Origin: Nitrosopumilus sp.
Lineage (GTDB): Archaea > Thermoproteota > Nitrososphaeria > Nitrososphaerales > Nitrosopumilaceae
Assembly (NCBI GenBank): GCA_003702495.1
Contig: REGH01000002.1
Coordinates: forward strand, 4,917-68,916
Length of the DNA stretch: 64,000 bases
Direction: 5' to 3'
A program made the position numbers and the translations under genes. Shown here piece after piece: positions 29,009 through 39,370 of this stretch (position 1 is the stretch's first letter; every line of letters begins with the position of its first letter). The notes beneath the pieces were generated by a model, which was given only the letters and a program-made list of their open reading frames with translations, was not told where the DNA came from and searched no databases.

Positions 29009-31471
29009 ATGAAAAAATTGCTAGTTATCATACTAGCTCTTTCAATTGTTATAGTTGGAACAAATCAAGTATTTGCAGAAAAAAATGTTTTTTTTGATTC
29101 TGTAAAATTCATTCAATATCTTGATGAGAATACTGCACTAGAAGAAGTTCGAAATGGTAATCTTGACATGTATTACTACAGAATTTCTTCAGACAGATTA
29201 GAGAACAGTCAAGCAAGAGAAGGATTACAGGTCTTTGATTCAACTGGAGGATCTTACAGCATACTCGTAAATCCGGCAGAATCTGAAGATTTCAATCCAT
29301 TTTCAATTAAAGAAGTTAGATTTGCATTAAATTATTTGGTTGACAGGAAATTAATCGTAAATGAGTTGATGGGAGGTTATGGTTCACCCATAATTTCGTA
29401 TTATGGTCCTTCGGACCCAGAATATCTAACAATATTAGAAGAATTAGAGAAATTCAACTTCAAATATAATCCAAATTTGGCTGAAGAAATTATCACAAAG
29501 TCACTAAAAGATAAGGGGGCAGTAAAAGTTAATGAGAAATGGCAAATTAATGAAACACCAATAGAGATAAGAATTTTCATCAGAAGTGATGACCCAGTTA
29601 GAAAATCAATTGGTGAAATTTTAGTAATTGAACTAGAGAGGATTGGATTTACAGTCAAAAAGGATTTTGGAGATTTGAACAAAGCATTTGTCATAGTATA
29701 TGGCTCAAACCCATCTGATTTGAAATGGAGTTTGTATACAGAAGGATGGGCTCGTTCAGCATTTGTGAGATATGATTCAGTAGGATTGGGACAAATGTAT
29801 TCACCATGGTTTTCAAACATGCCAGGATTCAATGATCCATCATATTGGAATTATGAAAATACAAAGTTAGATGGACTAACACAAAAAATCTACACGGGCG
29901 ATTTTGAAACGGTGCAAAACAGGTCAGAATTGATTCAAGATGCAGTAGTTGAAGGTATCAACGAGTCTGTGAGAATTTTTCTTGCAAGTAAGATTGACCA
30001 ATATGTTGTAAACGAAAAGATTAGTGGAATTGTGAATGATTTTGGGGCAGGAGTTCCAAGTAGGTTTACTCCAATTAATGCACAAAGTCAAAATGATGAA
30101 TTGGTGATTGGAGTCAAGCAAATCTATCAAGGAGCATGGAATCCAATAATGGGTTTAACGGACAGTTATAGCAGGCATATTTGGGGAATAGTTTCAGATC
30201 CTGGAACATTCAAACATCCATTTACAGGAAAAACATTTCCAGTTAGAACAAACTGGCAAGTAGATACTGCAGGTCCAAATGGAAGTCTTCTTGTTCCTAC
30301 AGATGCAGTGATGTGGAATCCAACATCGCAAACATGGGAAAATATCAAAGAAGACACAGTGGCTAAAAGTAAAGTAACTTTTGATTTTAATTTTGGGAAC
30401 TGGCATAATGGTCAAAAAATTGACATGAATGACATTATGCATTCATTGTATTTTACAATCGAATGGGGAACACAAACAGACGAAAACGACAAAACATTTG
30501 ATACAGAGTTTACTCCAAGAGCGGCTCAAAGTATCCAGACCATTATAGGCGTTAAACAAATTGATGAGGATACCATTGAAGTTTATGTAGATTTTTGGCA
30601 TTTTGATGAAGGCGAGATAGCAGACTGGGCAGTGATATGGAATACAATGCCTTGGGAGATTTCTGCTGCGATGGAAAAAGCAGTTTTAGATGGCAAAGTA
30701 TCATTTTCTAGATCAGGGGCAACAAGTAAGAATGTCAATTGGTTATCATTAATAATTCCAAATGATTCGAATCTTATCAAAAATTATTTGAAAGAATTTA
30801 GAGATTCCAATTATATTCCCACACCATTAGAAGAAAAAAACTTAGAATCAAATTATTTTGAAGATAGATTTGACTCTTCAATAAAATGGATTGATGAAAA
30901 TAATCATGCAGTAATCAGTAATGGTCCATATTATGTAGAATCATATGCACCAGAATCACGAACAATTACAGTTAGTGCATTTAATGATGAATCATATCCA
31001 TTTAGAGCAGGGAGTTGGGCAGAATTTGAAAATCCAAAGTTTCCAACAATATCAAGAATAGAATTAGAAGATGTGATTCAAAGAGGAGAAGAATTTTCAA
31101 TTAAAATTGAGACCAAAAATACAGATTCAATCATGTATTTTCTAACAAACAGTCAAGGAGGAGTGATATCATCAGAATCAATTGATATGATCAATGACAA
31201 AATTAGTATTAACATAGACTCTATTAATTCAGAAAAACTTCAACGAGGTACAGGAAACGTTAAGATTTTTGCAATATCAGATTCAGTTCTTAAACCAGAT
31301 TTCTATGAATCAAGTTTCATTGTAACAGAAAAGAAAACAGAACTACCAAACAGTTCTATTCAAGGTATTGGAATTTTACAAAATGAATCAAGTTATGAAT
31401 TTTTGATAATTCCCATAGTGATAATCATTGGAATAATTATTTTATTAAAGAAGCATTACAGCAGGCCATAA
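29009..31471 (+). CDS. ABC peptide transporter substrate-binding protein (family 5), C-terminally anchored
   Basis: Signal peptide; VRFALNYLVDR, GQKIDMNDI, ISNGPYY; C-terminal TM followed by basic residues. Confidence 0.88.
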   Translation: MKKLLVIILALSIVIVGTNQVFAEKNVFFDSVKFIQYLDENTALEEVRNGNLDMYYYRISSDRLENSQAREGLQVFDSTGGSYSILVNPAESEDFNPFSIKEVRFALNYLVDRKLIVNELMGGYGSPIISYYGPSDPEYLTILEELEKFNFKYNPNLAEEIITKSLKDKGAVKVNEKWQINETPIEIRIFIRSDDPVRKSIGEILVIELERIGFTVKKDFGDLNKAFVIVYGSNPSDLKWSLYTEGWARSAFVRYDSVGLGQMYSPWFSNMPGFNDPSYWNYENTKLDGLTQKIYTGDFETVQNRSELIQDAVVEGINESVRIFLASKIDQYVVNEKISGIVNDFGAGVPSRFTPINAQSQNDELVIGVKQIYQGAWNPIMGLTDSYSRHIWGIVSDPGTFKHPFTGKTFPVRTNWQVDTAGPNGSLLVPTDAVMWNPTSQTWENIKEDTVAKSKVTFDFNFGNWHNGQKIDMNDIMHSLYFTIEWGTQTDENDKTFDTEFTPRAAQSIQTIIGVKQIDEDTIEVYVDFWHFDEGEIADWAVIWNTMPWEISAAMEKAVLDGKVSFSRSGATSKNVNWLSLIIPNDSNLIKNYLKEFRDSNYIPTPLEEKNLESNYFEDRFDSSIKWIDENNHAVISNGPYYVESYAPESRTITVSAFNDESYPFRAGSWAEFENPKFPTISRIELEDVIQRGEEFSIKIETKNTDSIMYFLTNSQGGVISSESIDMINDKISINIDSINSEKLQRGTGNVKIFAISDSVLKPDFYESSFIVTEKKTELPNSSIQGIGILQNESSYEFLIIPIVIIIGIIILLKKHYSRP

Positions 31472-31947
31472 TCTTTTAGAATTAATTCAATTTGTTCTTC
31501 ATTTTCTAATTTCAAATATTCATTAAACAAATTTTGATTTAATTCATAGAAGGTATGACCCCACTTGAATTTTTCAAGTAATTGTAAACCTTGTTCTTTT
31601 TGACCCAAAATAATTAATGACCCAGCAAGGGCTTCAACAGTAGTCAGTTTGTTTAATTTTGCATAGTTGACGGGATTTCCTGCCAGTAATGGTGGTAGTT
31701 TTCGTTTAACTCCATTGAATTTTTTTGAGAATGCCTGATCAGCTAGATTCCAAGAACAGTCAACGCCAACAATAGTATTGATCAATGATTTGTCTTTTGG
31801 CATCAAGGTTTTTTCAGAAAACGGGTCTAAAACTAATCCCTTGCTGCCAATTTTTTTGATGTTTTGAGCAAGCCCAAACTTTATCATTTTAGCTGCAGTG
31901 CACTTTTTTGGATCATCTTGATAAAACATCAAAACTTGTAGTTTCAA
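31456..31947 (-). CDS. tsr3: rRNA aminocarboxypropyltransferase Tsr3 (DUF367)
   Basis: QDDPKKCTAAK, DCSW, LPPLLAGNPVNY, LTTVEALA, FKWGHTF. Confidence 0.93.
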   Translation of the reverse strand: MKLQVLMFYQDDPKKCTAAKMIKFGLAQNIKKIGSKGLVLDPFSEKTLMPKDKSLINTIVGVDCSWNLADQAFSKKFNGVKRKLPPLLAGNPVNYAKLNKLTTVEALAGSLIILGQKEQGLQLLEKFKWGHTFYELNQNLFNEYLKLENEEQIELILKDYGLL

Positions 31948-31981
31948 TTCAAATAATTTGAGAATGTATGGTATTTTGAAC

Positions 31982-34900
31982 TTACTCTATGGCTTTGTAA
32001 GTTACCTTGTAATAGAATCTAGAAACTTGTTCATCTTTGAGTACTTCAACATTCCAATTAGAGTCAGGTAAGAAAGAATCAGAAGATTCAGGTAAAATAC
32101 TGAACTTTTCTAGGCGTACATCTGTGCCACTATATCTAACATTCAGGTTCATTCCATCAACTTCAACAACCTCATAAATTTGTCCAGGTTTTCTAGTAGA
32201 TTCACTAACTAGACATTCAGCATCAGGACCAATGATACAAACACCGCTTTGAGAGGAAACCTTGAGATTAACATTAGAAACATCATCTCTAATCGGAGTA
32301 AGTAAGGATCCTGAAATGACTCTTGGAGCCAAGTTTGTTTCATCTACAGTTTTTCCTTGTAAGGATACAGAGATTTCAGTATCAGGAATTCTGTTTTCTT
32401 TTTCAATTACAGTTTCTAATTTTGGTGCAGGTGGCTCTTCAACAACTGTAAATCGAATATGTTTTGTTTCAAAGTCTGCATCAATTGTTACTTCATAGGT
32501 TCCAATTGAAGATGTAGTGTCTTTAACTTGGAATTCATGAGTGAAAGAGCCAGAAGGGCTAGGACGAATTGATTTTACTTGTCCAACATGAGTTCCGCAA
32601 ATAAAAGAACCACAGGTAATTTCAGTATCTGATTTTTTGATAATACTTACATCATACGCTTCCAAATAGATCAATTTGTTTGGTTTTCCAGAAATAACTA
32701 CTGTGTCACCAGGGTAGTATTCAGATTTATCAGTAGATACCAAAAGGGATACAGGTTCATCAAGACCAAAAACAAAATCATTAGCTACACTAAATGTTGA
32801 AGTAACTTGTTGTGTAGAATAAATTGCTTTTACAGTATACATGCCTTCACTAAAGATGGTTGCAGGTAATTCAAACAAACTTGAAAACTCACCACCTTGT
32901 TTTGGATAGACAGATGCTTCATGAATTTGAGGATATGGGAATTTCCCATCTAAAACTTTGATAGTTATACGCTCAGGAACTACCAAACCCTCATCGCCTT
33001 GTTCACGAGGAATAACATTTCCAATTACTTTGAGTTTATCTCCTGCTTGGTAGAGAGATTTATCAGTAGTTACAAAAAGAGGAGTAGTCGACAAAGAATC
33101 ATTTTCAGGATCAGGAGACACCTTGAATAGTAAATCTTTGCTGTATGTGTCACCTGCTACTTTGATTTTATAAATACCGAAATTTGAAAATGTGACATCA
33201 CGAACTTCATCAGATTTTAGAGTTTGATATCGTTCAGAAATAGGTGTAGTCCAGGACCAAGAGAATCTTTGATTATCTATGGCTTTTCCATAGGTTGTCT
33301 TTGTGCCATCAGGTCTTGTAACAGATATAGTGACAGAACTGTCACTAGTTGGAATTATACCACTAACAGTCACTTTTTCATTTAATCCATAAACATCCTT
33401 ATCAAGTGAAACTTCACCTCCGGCAGCTAAATCATCAACAATGTTAAAGGAAGTTGTTGCTCTAAGGTCAAGATACTGTGCAGTAATTTTGTATGTTCCC
33501 TCAGAAAATATTCCTCTACTAATATCAGCAGTTACAGAAAATGTCCCACCAGATTCAGGAATTGCTGTAAATTCATAATCAGCAGTCACAGATCCTTCAC
33601 CTCCGGCAGCCCCTTGGTTAACACCTCCAGGAACACCAATGATAGAAAGAGGATCTCCATCTTCAGTTTCAAATGAGATTAGAACGGTAGGAGTTTCAAA
33701 ACTTGTTCTCTCAACAGGGTTTAAAATCTGTCCACGAATTACCAGTTCATTATCCATAGTAAAATCATAAACAAGTTTGTTGGTAGTAACAATCAGAGGG
33801 TCACTTATTGGAATAAAGTTATCAGGATCCTCTACTGCTTTGATGGTTTTAGATACAGAGCCTACATCCTTTGCAACTTTGATTTTGTAGTCACCTAGTC
33901 TACTATCAGTATTAGGAATTGTGAAAGAGTATTGGAATTTCCCATCACCGTCCATTCTAACTACATCTAATATTTTTAGAACATTCCCGCCACCAAGTTG
34001 ATCACCAGTACCTAAGGACAAACTCTTTGTTTGAATAATTTCTAAATCAAGGGATGCAACCCAAACATCATTTAATCTTCCTGTAATAGTTACAACTTCA
34101 CCTAAACCATAGACTTCTTTATCAGTCCACAAAGAGATAGGAATAGATTCTTTTACATCTTCTACAACTTCAAAAGTTGTAATTGCAGATTTATCAAAAT
34201 ATTCTCCAATTATTTGGTAAGTTCCATAAACAGGATTGACAGTGGAAACATAAATGTCAGTAGTAAATTCTCCATTAATTGGGAATAAACTGCCATCATA
34301 AACAATAGTTCCAGCAGAATCAGTAACAGTGAATTTCATTCCTGCAAATGGAATGATTTCATTTGCAGTGCCAATGATTGAAACCATCTGACCTGGAATG
34401 TATTGAGATTTGTCAGTAGTCAGGGTTAGAAAACTTTCTTGTTGTGTTTGTTCTTCAGTAATTTCATAACCTACAGAAAACGATGTGTTTGCAGTGGTAC
34501 CAGCATAACTTACACTAACATCATAAGTTCCTTCATTAATTCCCAGGACTTTATGAAGATTCAAAGTTGTATCATAGTTCAAATTCAAATCAGGATACAA
34601 AGTTAGAGTTCTATCAAAATTAGGACCAACAATATGTACAATTATTGATTCAGGTTGGAAGAATGGTTTTTCTACAAATACTTCTTCAGAAACACTTCCT
34701 TCAATAACAGCAGTCTCACCAAATAGATATGAAGATTTTGAAGATGAAATAGTTACAGTAATCTCTTCTGCTTCTTGAGTCTCAATTAATTTTCCATTAG
34801 TAGAACCAGAAGTAGAGGTTACAAACTTCCAATCATCAGAATTATCCAAGTCGTAACCATCATAGATTCTCTGCCAAGAAGTAAAGTCATTTTGAATATC

Positions 34901-35299
34901 TGCAAGTATTGGAGTTTTGTCAATTACGACTCCATTTTCATTTCTTAATTCTACAGATTCATTTGAATCATTAAACCATACAGTCTGATATGAAAAAGTC
35001 AAAAATTGTCCAGGTTTTATTACAGTGCCCTCAGGAATTGTCATTGGTGTTTTGAAATTAAAATATGTTGCAGCAATTTGCCATCCAGTTAGATCAATTT
35101 CAGAGTCAGTAGGATTGTAAAGTTCAACCCATTCAGAGATAGATTTGGAATCGTCTCCTGGAGGATTAATATCAACTTCATTAATTACAACATTTTCTGC
35201 CGTTTGAGCATATGCAGGTACAATTATCCATACAAGTAGAACTATAGAAAATACTATAGACAGATTCCTATTCATTGTTGTTTCCTCTTTTTTTGACAA
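31982..35299 (-). CDS. Large surface protein with lamin-tail domain and seven Ig-like repeats
   Basis: Signal peptide; VVINEV..NP, EWVELYNP lamin-tail motif; repeats of TDKxxYxxGxxVxIxG. Confidence 0.85.
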   Translation of the reverse strand: MSKKEETTMNRNLSIVFSIVLLVWIIVPAYAQTAENVVINEVDINPPGDDSKSISEWVELYNPTDSEIDLTGWQIAATYFNFKTPMTIPEGTVIKPGQFLTFSYQTVWFNDSNESVELRNENGVVIDKTPILADIQNDFTSWQRIYDGYDLDNSDDWKFVTSTSGSTNGKLIETQEAEEITVTISSSKSSYLFGETAVIEGSVSEEVFVEKPFFQPESIIVHIVGPNFDRTLTLYPDLNLNYDTTLNLHKVLGINEGTYDVSVSYAGTTANTSFSVGYEITEEQTQQESFLTLTTDKSQYIPGQMVSIIGTANEIIPFAGMKFTVTDSAGTIVYDGSLFPINGEFTTDIYVSTVNPVYGTYQIIGEYFDKSAITTFEVVEDVKESIPISLWTDKEVYGLGEVVTITGRLNDVWVASLDLEIIQTKSLSLGTGDQLGGGNVLKILDVVRMDGDGKFQYSFTIPNTDSRLGDYKIKVAKDVGSVSKTIKAVEDPDNFIPISDPLIVTTNKLVYDFTMDNELVIRGQILNPVERTSFETPTVLISFETEDGDPLSIIGVPGGVNQGAAGGEGSVTADYEFTAIPESGGTFSVTADISRGIFSEGTYKITAQYLDLRATTSFNIVDDLAAGGEVSLDKDVYGLNEKVTVSGIIPTSDSSVTISVTRPDGTKTTYGKAIDNQRFSWSWTTPISERYQTLKSDEVRDVTFSNFGIYKIKVAGDTYSKDLLFKVSPDPENDSLSTTPLFVTTDKSLYQAGDKLKVIGNVIPREQGDEGLVVPERITIKVLDGKFPYPQIHEASVYPKQGGEFSSLFELPATIFSEGMYTVKAIYSTQQVTSTFSVANDFVFGLDEPVSLLVSTDKSEYYPGDTVVISGKPNKLIYLEAYDVSIIKKSDTEITCGSFICGTHVGQVKSIRPSPSGSFTHEFQVKDTTSSIGTYEVTIDADFETKHIRFTVVEEPPAPKLETVIEKENRIPDTEISVSLQGKTVDETNLAPRVISGSLLTPIRDDVSNVNLKVSSQSGVCIIGPDAECLVSESTRKPGQIYEVVEVDGMNLNVRYSGTDVRLEKFSILPESSDSFLPDSNWNVEVLKDEQVSRFYYKVTYKAIE

Positions 35300-35411
35300 A
35301 AAGGGTCATTTTAGAATGGAATTGAGGAAAAGTTGATCTTGTTGTTAAATTCCTATATCTTAAATCCACACAGATTTTGTTGATTTTTCAGTTTTAAGCA
35401 CTACGTAGGAA

Positions 35412-35657
35412 TTATTCCTGAGAAGAATCACAGTTTGGGCACTTTTTATGATGAATTTTAGCCCCACATTCCAGGCATATTCCCTCGCCCACATCTTTCT
35501 CCATTAATTGGCGTCTCTTTGCAACATAGAACTTTATTCCAAAATACATGAGAATTACAATAATTACAGCATAAGCAGGGCTCATGAAAGGGATTAACCC
35601 AACCATGAAAAGCAAAAGCCCCACAATCAAAATGATATCGCGTCTCTCAAATTTCAA
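35412..35657 (-). CDS. Small membrane protein with C-terminal zinc ribbon
   Basis: Two TM segments then CLECG...CPNC. Confidence 0.7.
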   Translation of the reverse strand: MKFERRDIILIVGLLLFMVGLIPFMSPAYAVIIVILMYFGIKFYVAKRRQLMEKDVGEGICLECGAKIHHKKCPNCDSSQE

Positions 35658-35690
35658 TAAAACAAAATCTTAAAGAATTGATAAAAACAT

Positions 35691-35760
35691 GCCGGAGCTC
35701 AGAGCCATTAGTTTACTTCATATCAAAGTCATTACTCTAACTCTTCCTCATTGCTCGGGC
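35691..35760 (-). ncRNA. Box C/D methylation-guide sRNA (predicted)
   Basis: Minus strand GCCCGAGC-A-ATGAGGA(C)-AGAGTTAGAGTA-ATGA(D')-CTTTGAT-ATGAAGT(C')-AAACTAATGGCT-CTGA(D)-GCTCCGGC; two 12-nt guides, 7/8-bp terminal stem. Confidence 0.75.
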
Positions 35761-35795
35761 AGTATTAGTAGTGAGTTGATTTGATAATAAGATAA

Positions 35796-35872
35796 TGGTG
35801 GGATCGGCGAGATTTGAACGCGCGACCTCTGCGTCCCAAACGCAGAATCATACCAAGCTAGACCACGATCCC
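35796..35872 (-). tRNA. tRNA-Pro(UGG), intronless, CCA encoded
   Basis: GGGATCG acceptor pairs with CGATCCC; anticodon arm CTGCG-TTTGGGA-CGCAG; GTTCAAATC T-loop; ends ACCA. Confidence 0.97.
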
Positions 35873-35894
35873 AGTAAATCCTAAAAGTTGCCCA

Positions 35895-35900
35895 ATTTAA
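35895..35900 (-). promoter_or_regulatory. TATA box of tRNA-Pro (possibly also the C/D sRNA)
   Basis: TTAAAT on the minus strand 23-28 nt upstream of the mature tRNA 5' end. Confidence 0.5.
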
Positions 35901-35944
35901 GCTTCACAGATAATCATTTTAAAGGCACTCAAAGGATCAAAGAC

Positions 35945-36838
35945 GTGCAAATGGAAGAATACGTCAAAGCAGGAAAAATTGCATCAGAAGTAAGAGAGAT
36001 GGTCAGAGTAAAAGACTGGGTAGGAAAAACAGTCTATGAAATTTGTGAATGGGTAGAAGATGAAATTAGAAAACGCGGAGCAAAATGCGCATTTCCAGTT
36101 AACACCAGTATCAACGAAGTTGCAGCACACTATACTGCAGAGCCAAATGATCCAATTACCATCAAAGATACTGATTTGATAAAAATTGATCTTGGTGCAC
36201 AGATTAACGGATACATTGCAGATACAGCAGTAACAGTTTGTTATGATCCACAATATGATGGACTTGTACAAGCAGCTGAAGAGGGGTTAGCAAATGCAAT
36301 GTCAATGATCAAAGCAGGAGTTAAAGCTAGTGACATTGGAAGAACAATAGAGACTACAATTAAACAGATGGGATACAAACCAATTGCAAATCTTAGTGGC
36401 CATTCCTTAGAACAGTATACAATACATGCTGGAAAATCTATTCCAAATATCTGGTCAATTGGAGGTTTTTCACTATCAGAAAATTCTGCATATGCATGTG
36501 AACCTTTTGTAACAACATCAGATGGGGGAGGATTTGTAAGAAATGGTCAGATAAAAAATATCTTTGCAATAAACTCTAGAAAGAAAACAAAAGATGTAGA
36601 AGCAGATAAGTTACTTGATTTTATCTGGGAGAACTTTAACATGTTACCATTTGCATTAAGATGGATTACAAAAGATAGAGATGAAAAGGAGGCAAGAGAA
36701 CTGCTAAATATTTTAGTAAAGAAAAAGGCAGTTCAAGCATATCCAGTTTTAATTGAAGTAAATGAACAAAGAGTTGCTCAAGCAGAACATACATTTATTC
36801 CAACAGAGAATGGCGTTACAGTCACTACTAAAGCATGA
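35945..36838 (+). CDS. map: Type II methionine aminopeptidase
   Basis: AFPVN, VAAHYT, DLGAQING.IADTA, LSGH, EPF, AQAEHT; likely start GTG 35945 or ATG 35951. Confidence 0.95.
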   Translation: MQMEEYVKAGKIASEVREMVRVKDWVGKTVYEICEWVEDEIRKRGAKCAFPVNTSINEVAAHYTAEPNDPITIKDTDLIKIDLGAQINGYIADTAVTVCYDPQYDGLVQAAEEGLANAMSMIKAGVKASDIGRTIETTIKQMGYKPIANLSGHSLEQYTIHAGKSIPNIWSIGGFSLSENSAYACEPFVTTSDGGGFVRNGQIKNIFAINSRKKTKDVEADKLLDFIWENFNMLPFALRWITKDRDEKEARELLNILVKKKAVQAYPVLIEVNEQRVAQAEHTFIPTENGVTVTTKA

Positions 36839-36839
36839 C

Positions 36840-37019
36840 TTACTGTTCTAGAGTTTCGCCAAATATTTTATCAATCATAATTGAACCATTACAAGAATTA
36901 CATTTTGATACTTCTGCAAATAAGACATCACCCTCAGAGAATTTTCTTTTCTTTTGCATTCCACACTTTTCGCATTTTTCCACAGTATAAGCAACAGTAA
37001 TCTTTTCTTTTGAGAACAT
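36840..37019 (-). CDS. 59-aa zinc-ribbon protein (not in the ORF track)
   Basis: MFSKEKITVAYTVEKCEKCGMQKKRKFSEGDVLFAEVSKCNSCNGSIMIDKIFGETLEQ; ATG overlaps the DUF1512 stop. Confidence 0.75.
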   Translation of the reverse strand: MFSKEKITVAYTVEKCEKCGMQKKRKFSEGDVLFAEVSKCNSCNGSIMIDKIFGETLEQ

Positions 37020-38140
37020 TATTGAGGCACCCCTACTGTGTTCCCAACACCGATTACTACAATAGACTGACCTTCAGAGGTATTCTCTTTAATCATTTCA
37101 TAAACTTGTAAACGTACATCATCTGCTTGGTCTGCTATCTCTTTTGTCATCAAGGTAATGGCTTCTTTTACGGATTGTTTTACCACAATAGAGAAAATTG
37201 GAATTTGATTTTGTGTTGCAACTTCTTCTATATGGAATTTTTCAGTTCCGATACCACCAATTGCTGCACCAAAACCTCTTGCAACAGAAGCAGAATCCTC
37301 ACCTTCCATTTTTAATGCAGCGTCAATCATTATTATTGCATCAATTTTGTTTTCAGAAACAATTGATTGTAATGCATCACCAGGCCTACCAACAGTGGAA
37401 GCAGGACCTTCTGCTTTTAACAAAAATAAATTTCTATTTTCGTAGGTTGTTTTAGCAAGTGATGTTTGAAATGAAATAACTTCTTTTGGACTATTTAACA
37501 TCATTTTTCCAACAACCATTGGACCTATTCCATCACCTACAGGTTGCCCTGTTTTAAATACTGGAATTGCTTCTTTCATTGCTTCTGCTTGTTCCATTAT
37601 AAAAGGAAGAATCATTTGCAGTGGTAAAATTAATGGATAGTTATTTTGTTTTTTTGCAGTTAAAAACATGTGATTGATAATTTTGTGAATCATTTGTAAT
37701 GAAGATGCAATTTCAAGTAAGGTTTGGACTTTGGATAATTCAATTTCATGAATCTCTGAAAAAAGAGATTTTACATGTTCGCGAGTATAATCTTCTCTAG
37801 ACCGTACTGTATGTTGAACTTTTTCAACAATCCCATTAGGATCCATATCAACAGGCATGATAGTAAAATAATCTAAGAATTGATCAATTTTTTTTTCAGA
37901 GTTGTTCTTTGGATTAAGATTTTTGTTAATGTAAGTAATTAATTCAGTTCTGGATTCATCACGGAATTCATCTAGTTTTTTGATTCCTTTTTTAATTTCG
38001 CCAGATGTTACATACAATTGAATTCTTTGTCCATAAAAAATAAAGATGACAATTGGTAGAATCCAAATCAACATCATTAAAGGGTTAGAATCATCTTTCA
38101 TCCCAAACAACTGGTCAATATCAAAATTAGTAAAATCCAC
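37019..38140 (-). CDS. DUF1512-family protein
   Basis: IMPVDMDPNG, PVGDGIGP, KAEGP..VGRPG, IMIDAALKMEGE, VIGVGNTVG. Confidence 0.85.
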   Translation of the reverse strand: MDFTNFDIDQLFGMKDDSNPLMMLIWILPIVIFIFYGQRIQLYVTSGEIKKGIKKLDEFRDESRTELITYINKNLNPKNNSEKKIDQFLDYFTIMPVDMDPNGIVEKVQHTVRSREDYTREHVKSLFSEIHEIELSKVQTLLEIASSLQMIHKIINHMFLTAKKQNNYPLILPLQMILPFIMEQAEAMKEAIPVFKTGQPVGDGIGPMVVGKMMLNSPKEVISFQTSLAKTTYENRNLFLLKAEGPASTVGRPGDALQSIVSENKIDAIIMIDAALKMEGEDSASVARGFGAAIGGIGTEKFHIEEVATQNQIPIFSIVVKQSVKEAITLMTKEIADQADDVRLQVYEMIKENTSEGQSIVVIGVGNTVGVPQ

Positions 38141-38277
38141 TAAATTCCACGATCGTCAGATCTCAATTAAACCATTCGTCGAATACAAAATATTGAAAAA
38201 AATTGTCAAAAATGCCTATTGGAGCGAGAAAAGATGGCGAGTGCTTTTATTATAGTTAAATTACAAAAAAATCGAAT

Positions 38278-38838
38278 ATGCCACAAACAAAACCAATCGT
38301 AAGTGTGGAAAATGTAGTAGCATCAGCATCTGTAGATCAAAAGATGGACTTGAATGAAATTACAAGGACATTTCCAGATGTAGAATATCATCCTGATCAA
38401 TTTCCAGGATTAGTTTTCAGATTAAAGAGTCCAAAAACTGCGACATTAATTTTCACTTCAGGTAAAATGGTATGTACTGGTTCCAAATCCGAAGAGATGG
38501 CAAGAAAAGCAGTAAAGACTGTTGTTCAAAAACTTCGAAAGGGTGGAATTAAAGTTAAGAAAGATGCAGTTGTAGAAATTCAAAATATTGTTGCATCAAT
38601 TAATCTCGGTGGAAAGATTCACTTAGAACAGGCTGCAAGAACATTGCCAAGAAGTATGTATGAACCAGAACAATTTCCAGGACTTATTCATAGAATGCTA
38701 GATCCTAAAACAGTCATTTTGTTATTTTCCTCTGGAAAACTTGTCTGTACAGGAGCAAAGAAAGAGCCTGATGTCTATAGATCAGTGAACAACCTACATG
38801 CATTACTAGAAGAAAAAGATCTAATGATTTATGACTAG
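38278..38838 (+). CDS. tbp: TATA-box-binding protein
   Basis: Two repeats ENVVAS/QNIVAS, YxPxQFPGL, IFxSGKxVCTG. Confidence 0.97.
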   Translation: MPQTKPIVSVENVVASASVDQKMDLNEITRTFPDVEYHPDQFPGLVFRLKSPKTATLIFTSGKMVCTGSKSEEMARKAVKTVVQKLRKGGIKVKKDAVVEIQNIVASINLGGKIHLEQAARTLPRSMYEPEQFPGLIHRMLDPKTVILLFSSGKLVCTGAKKEPDVYRSVNNLHALLEEKDLMIYD

Positions 38839-39002
38839 TCATAAATCCAACATATTTTCATTAATTTCCTAAGATTTTATTTATAAAGACACAATTTTTT
38901 ACATGAATTTTGAAATTATAATCACCTAATTAAAAAAGGAGTTCCCAAAAAATTTACTTAGAAAAAATGGATTGAATAAAGATACTTTGTTGCCTTAAAA
39001 AA

Positions 39003-39344
39003 TTATTTAATAGGACTTCCAAGTGGGACGTCTTCTTCAACAGTTAACCAATATGGTTTATCATCAACATCAGCAGCTAAAAGCATCGCATTAGATTCAA
39101 CACCTGCCATTTTTTTCGGTTCCAAATTTGCAAGAACAATTACAGTTTTTCCAACAATTTCTTCAGGTTGGAAATATTGTGCACCACCTATAATTACATC
39201 ACGCAGATCATCATTTCCCAAATCAATTTTACCTTTAATAATTCTGGATTTTCCTTCGATAGGTTCGGTATCTATGATCTTTGCAACTCGGATATCGAGT
39301 TTTGCAAAATCATCATATGAAACATTGGACATGAAGTGACACAA
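39003..39344 (-). CDS. tRNA-binding OB-fold protein (Trbp111/MetRS C-terminal-like)
   Basis: DFAKLDIRVA, VLANLEPKKMAGVESNAMLLAA. Confidence 0.88.
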   Translation of the reverse strand: MCHFMSNVSYDDFAKLDIRVAKIIDTEPIEGKSRIIKGKIDLGNDDLRDVIIGGAQYFQPEEIVGKTVIVLANLEPKKMAGVESNAMLLAADVDDKPYWLTVEEDVPLGSPIK

Positions 39345-39370
39345 TCGTTGCCTGTTAAATGAATTTCGAA

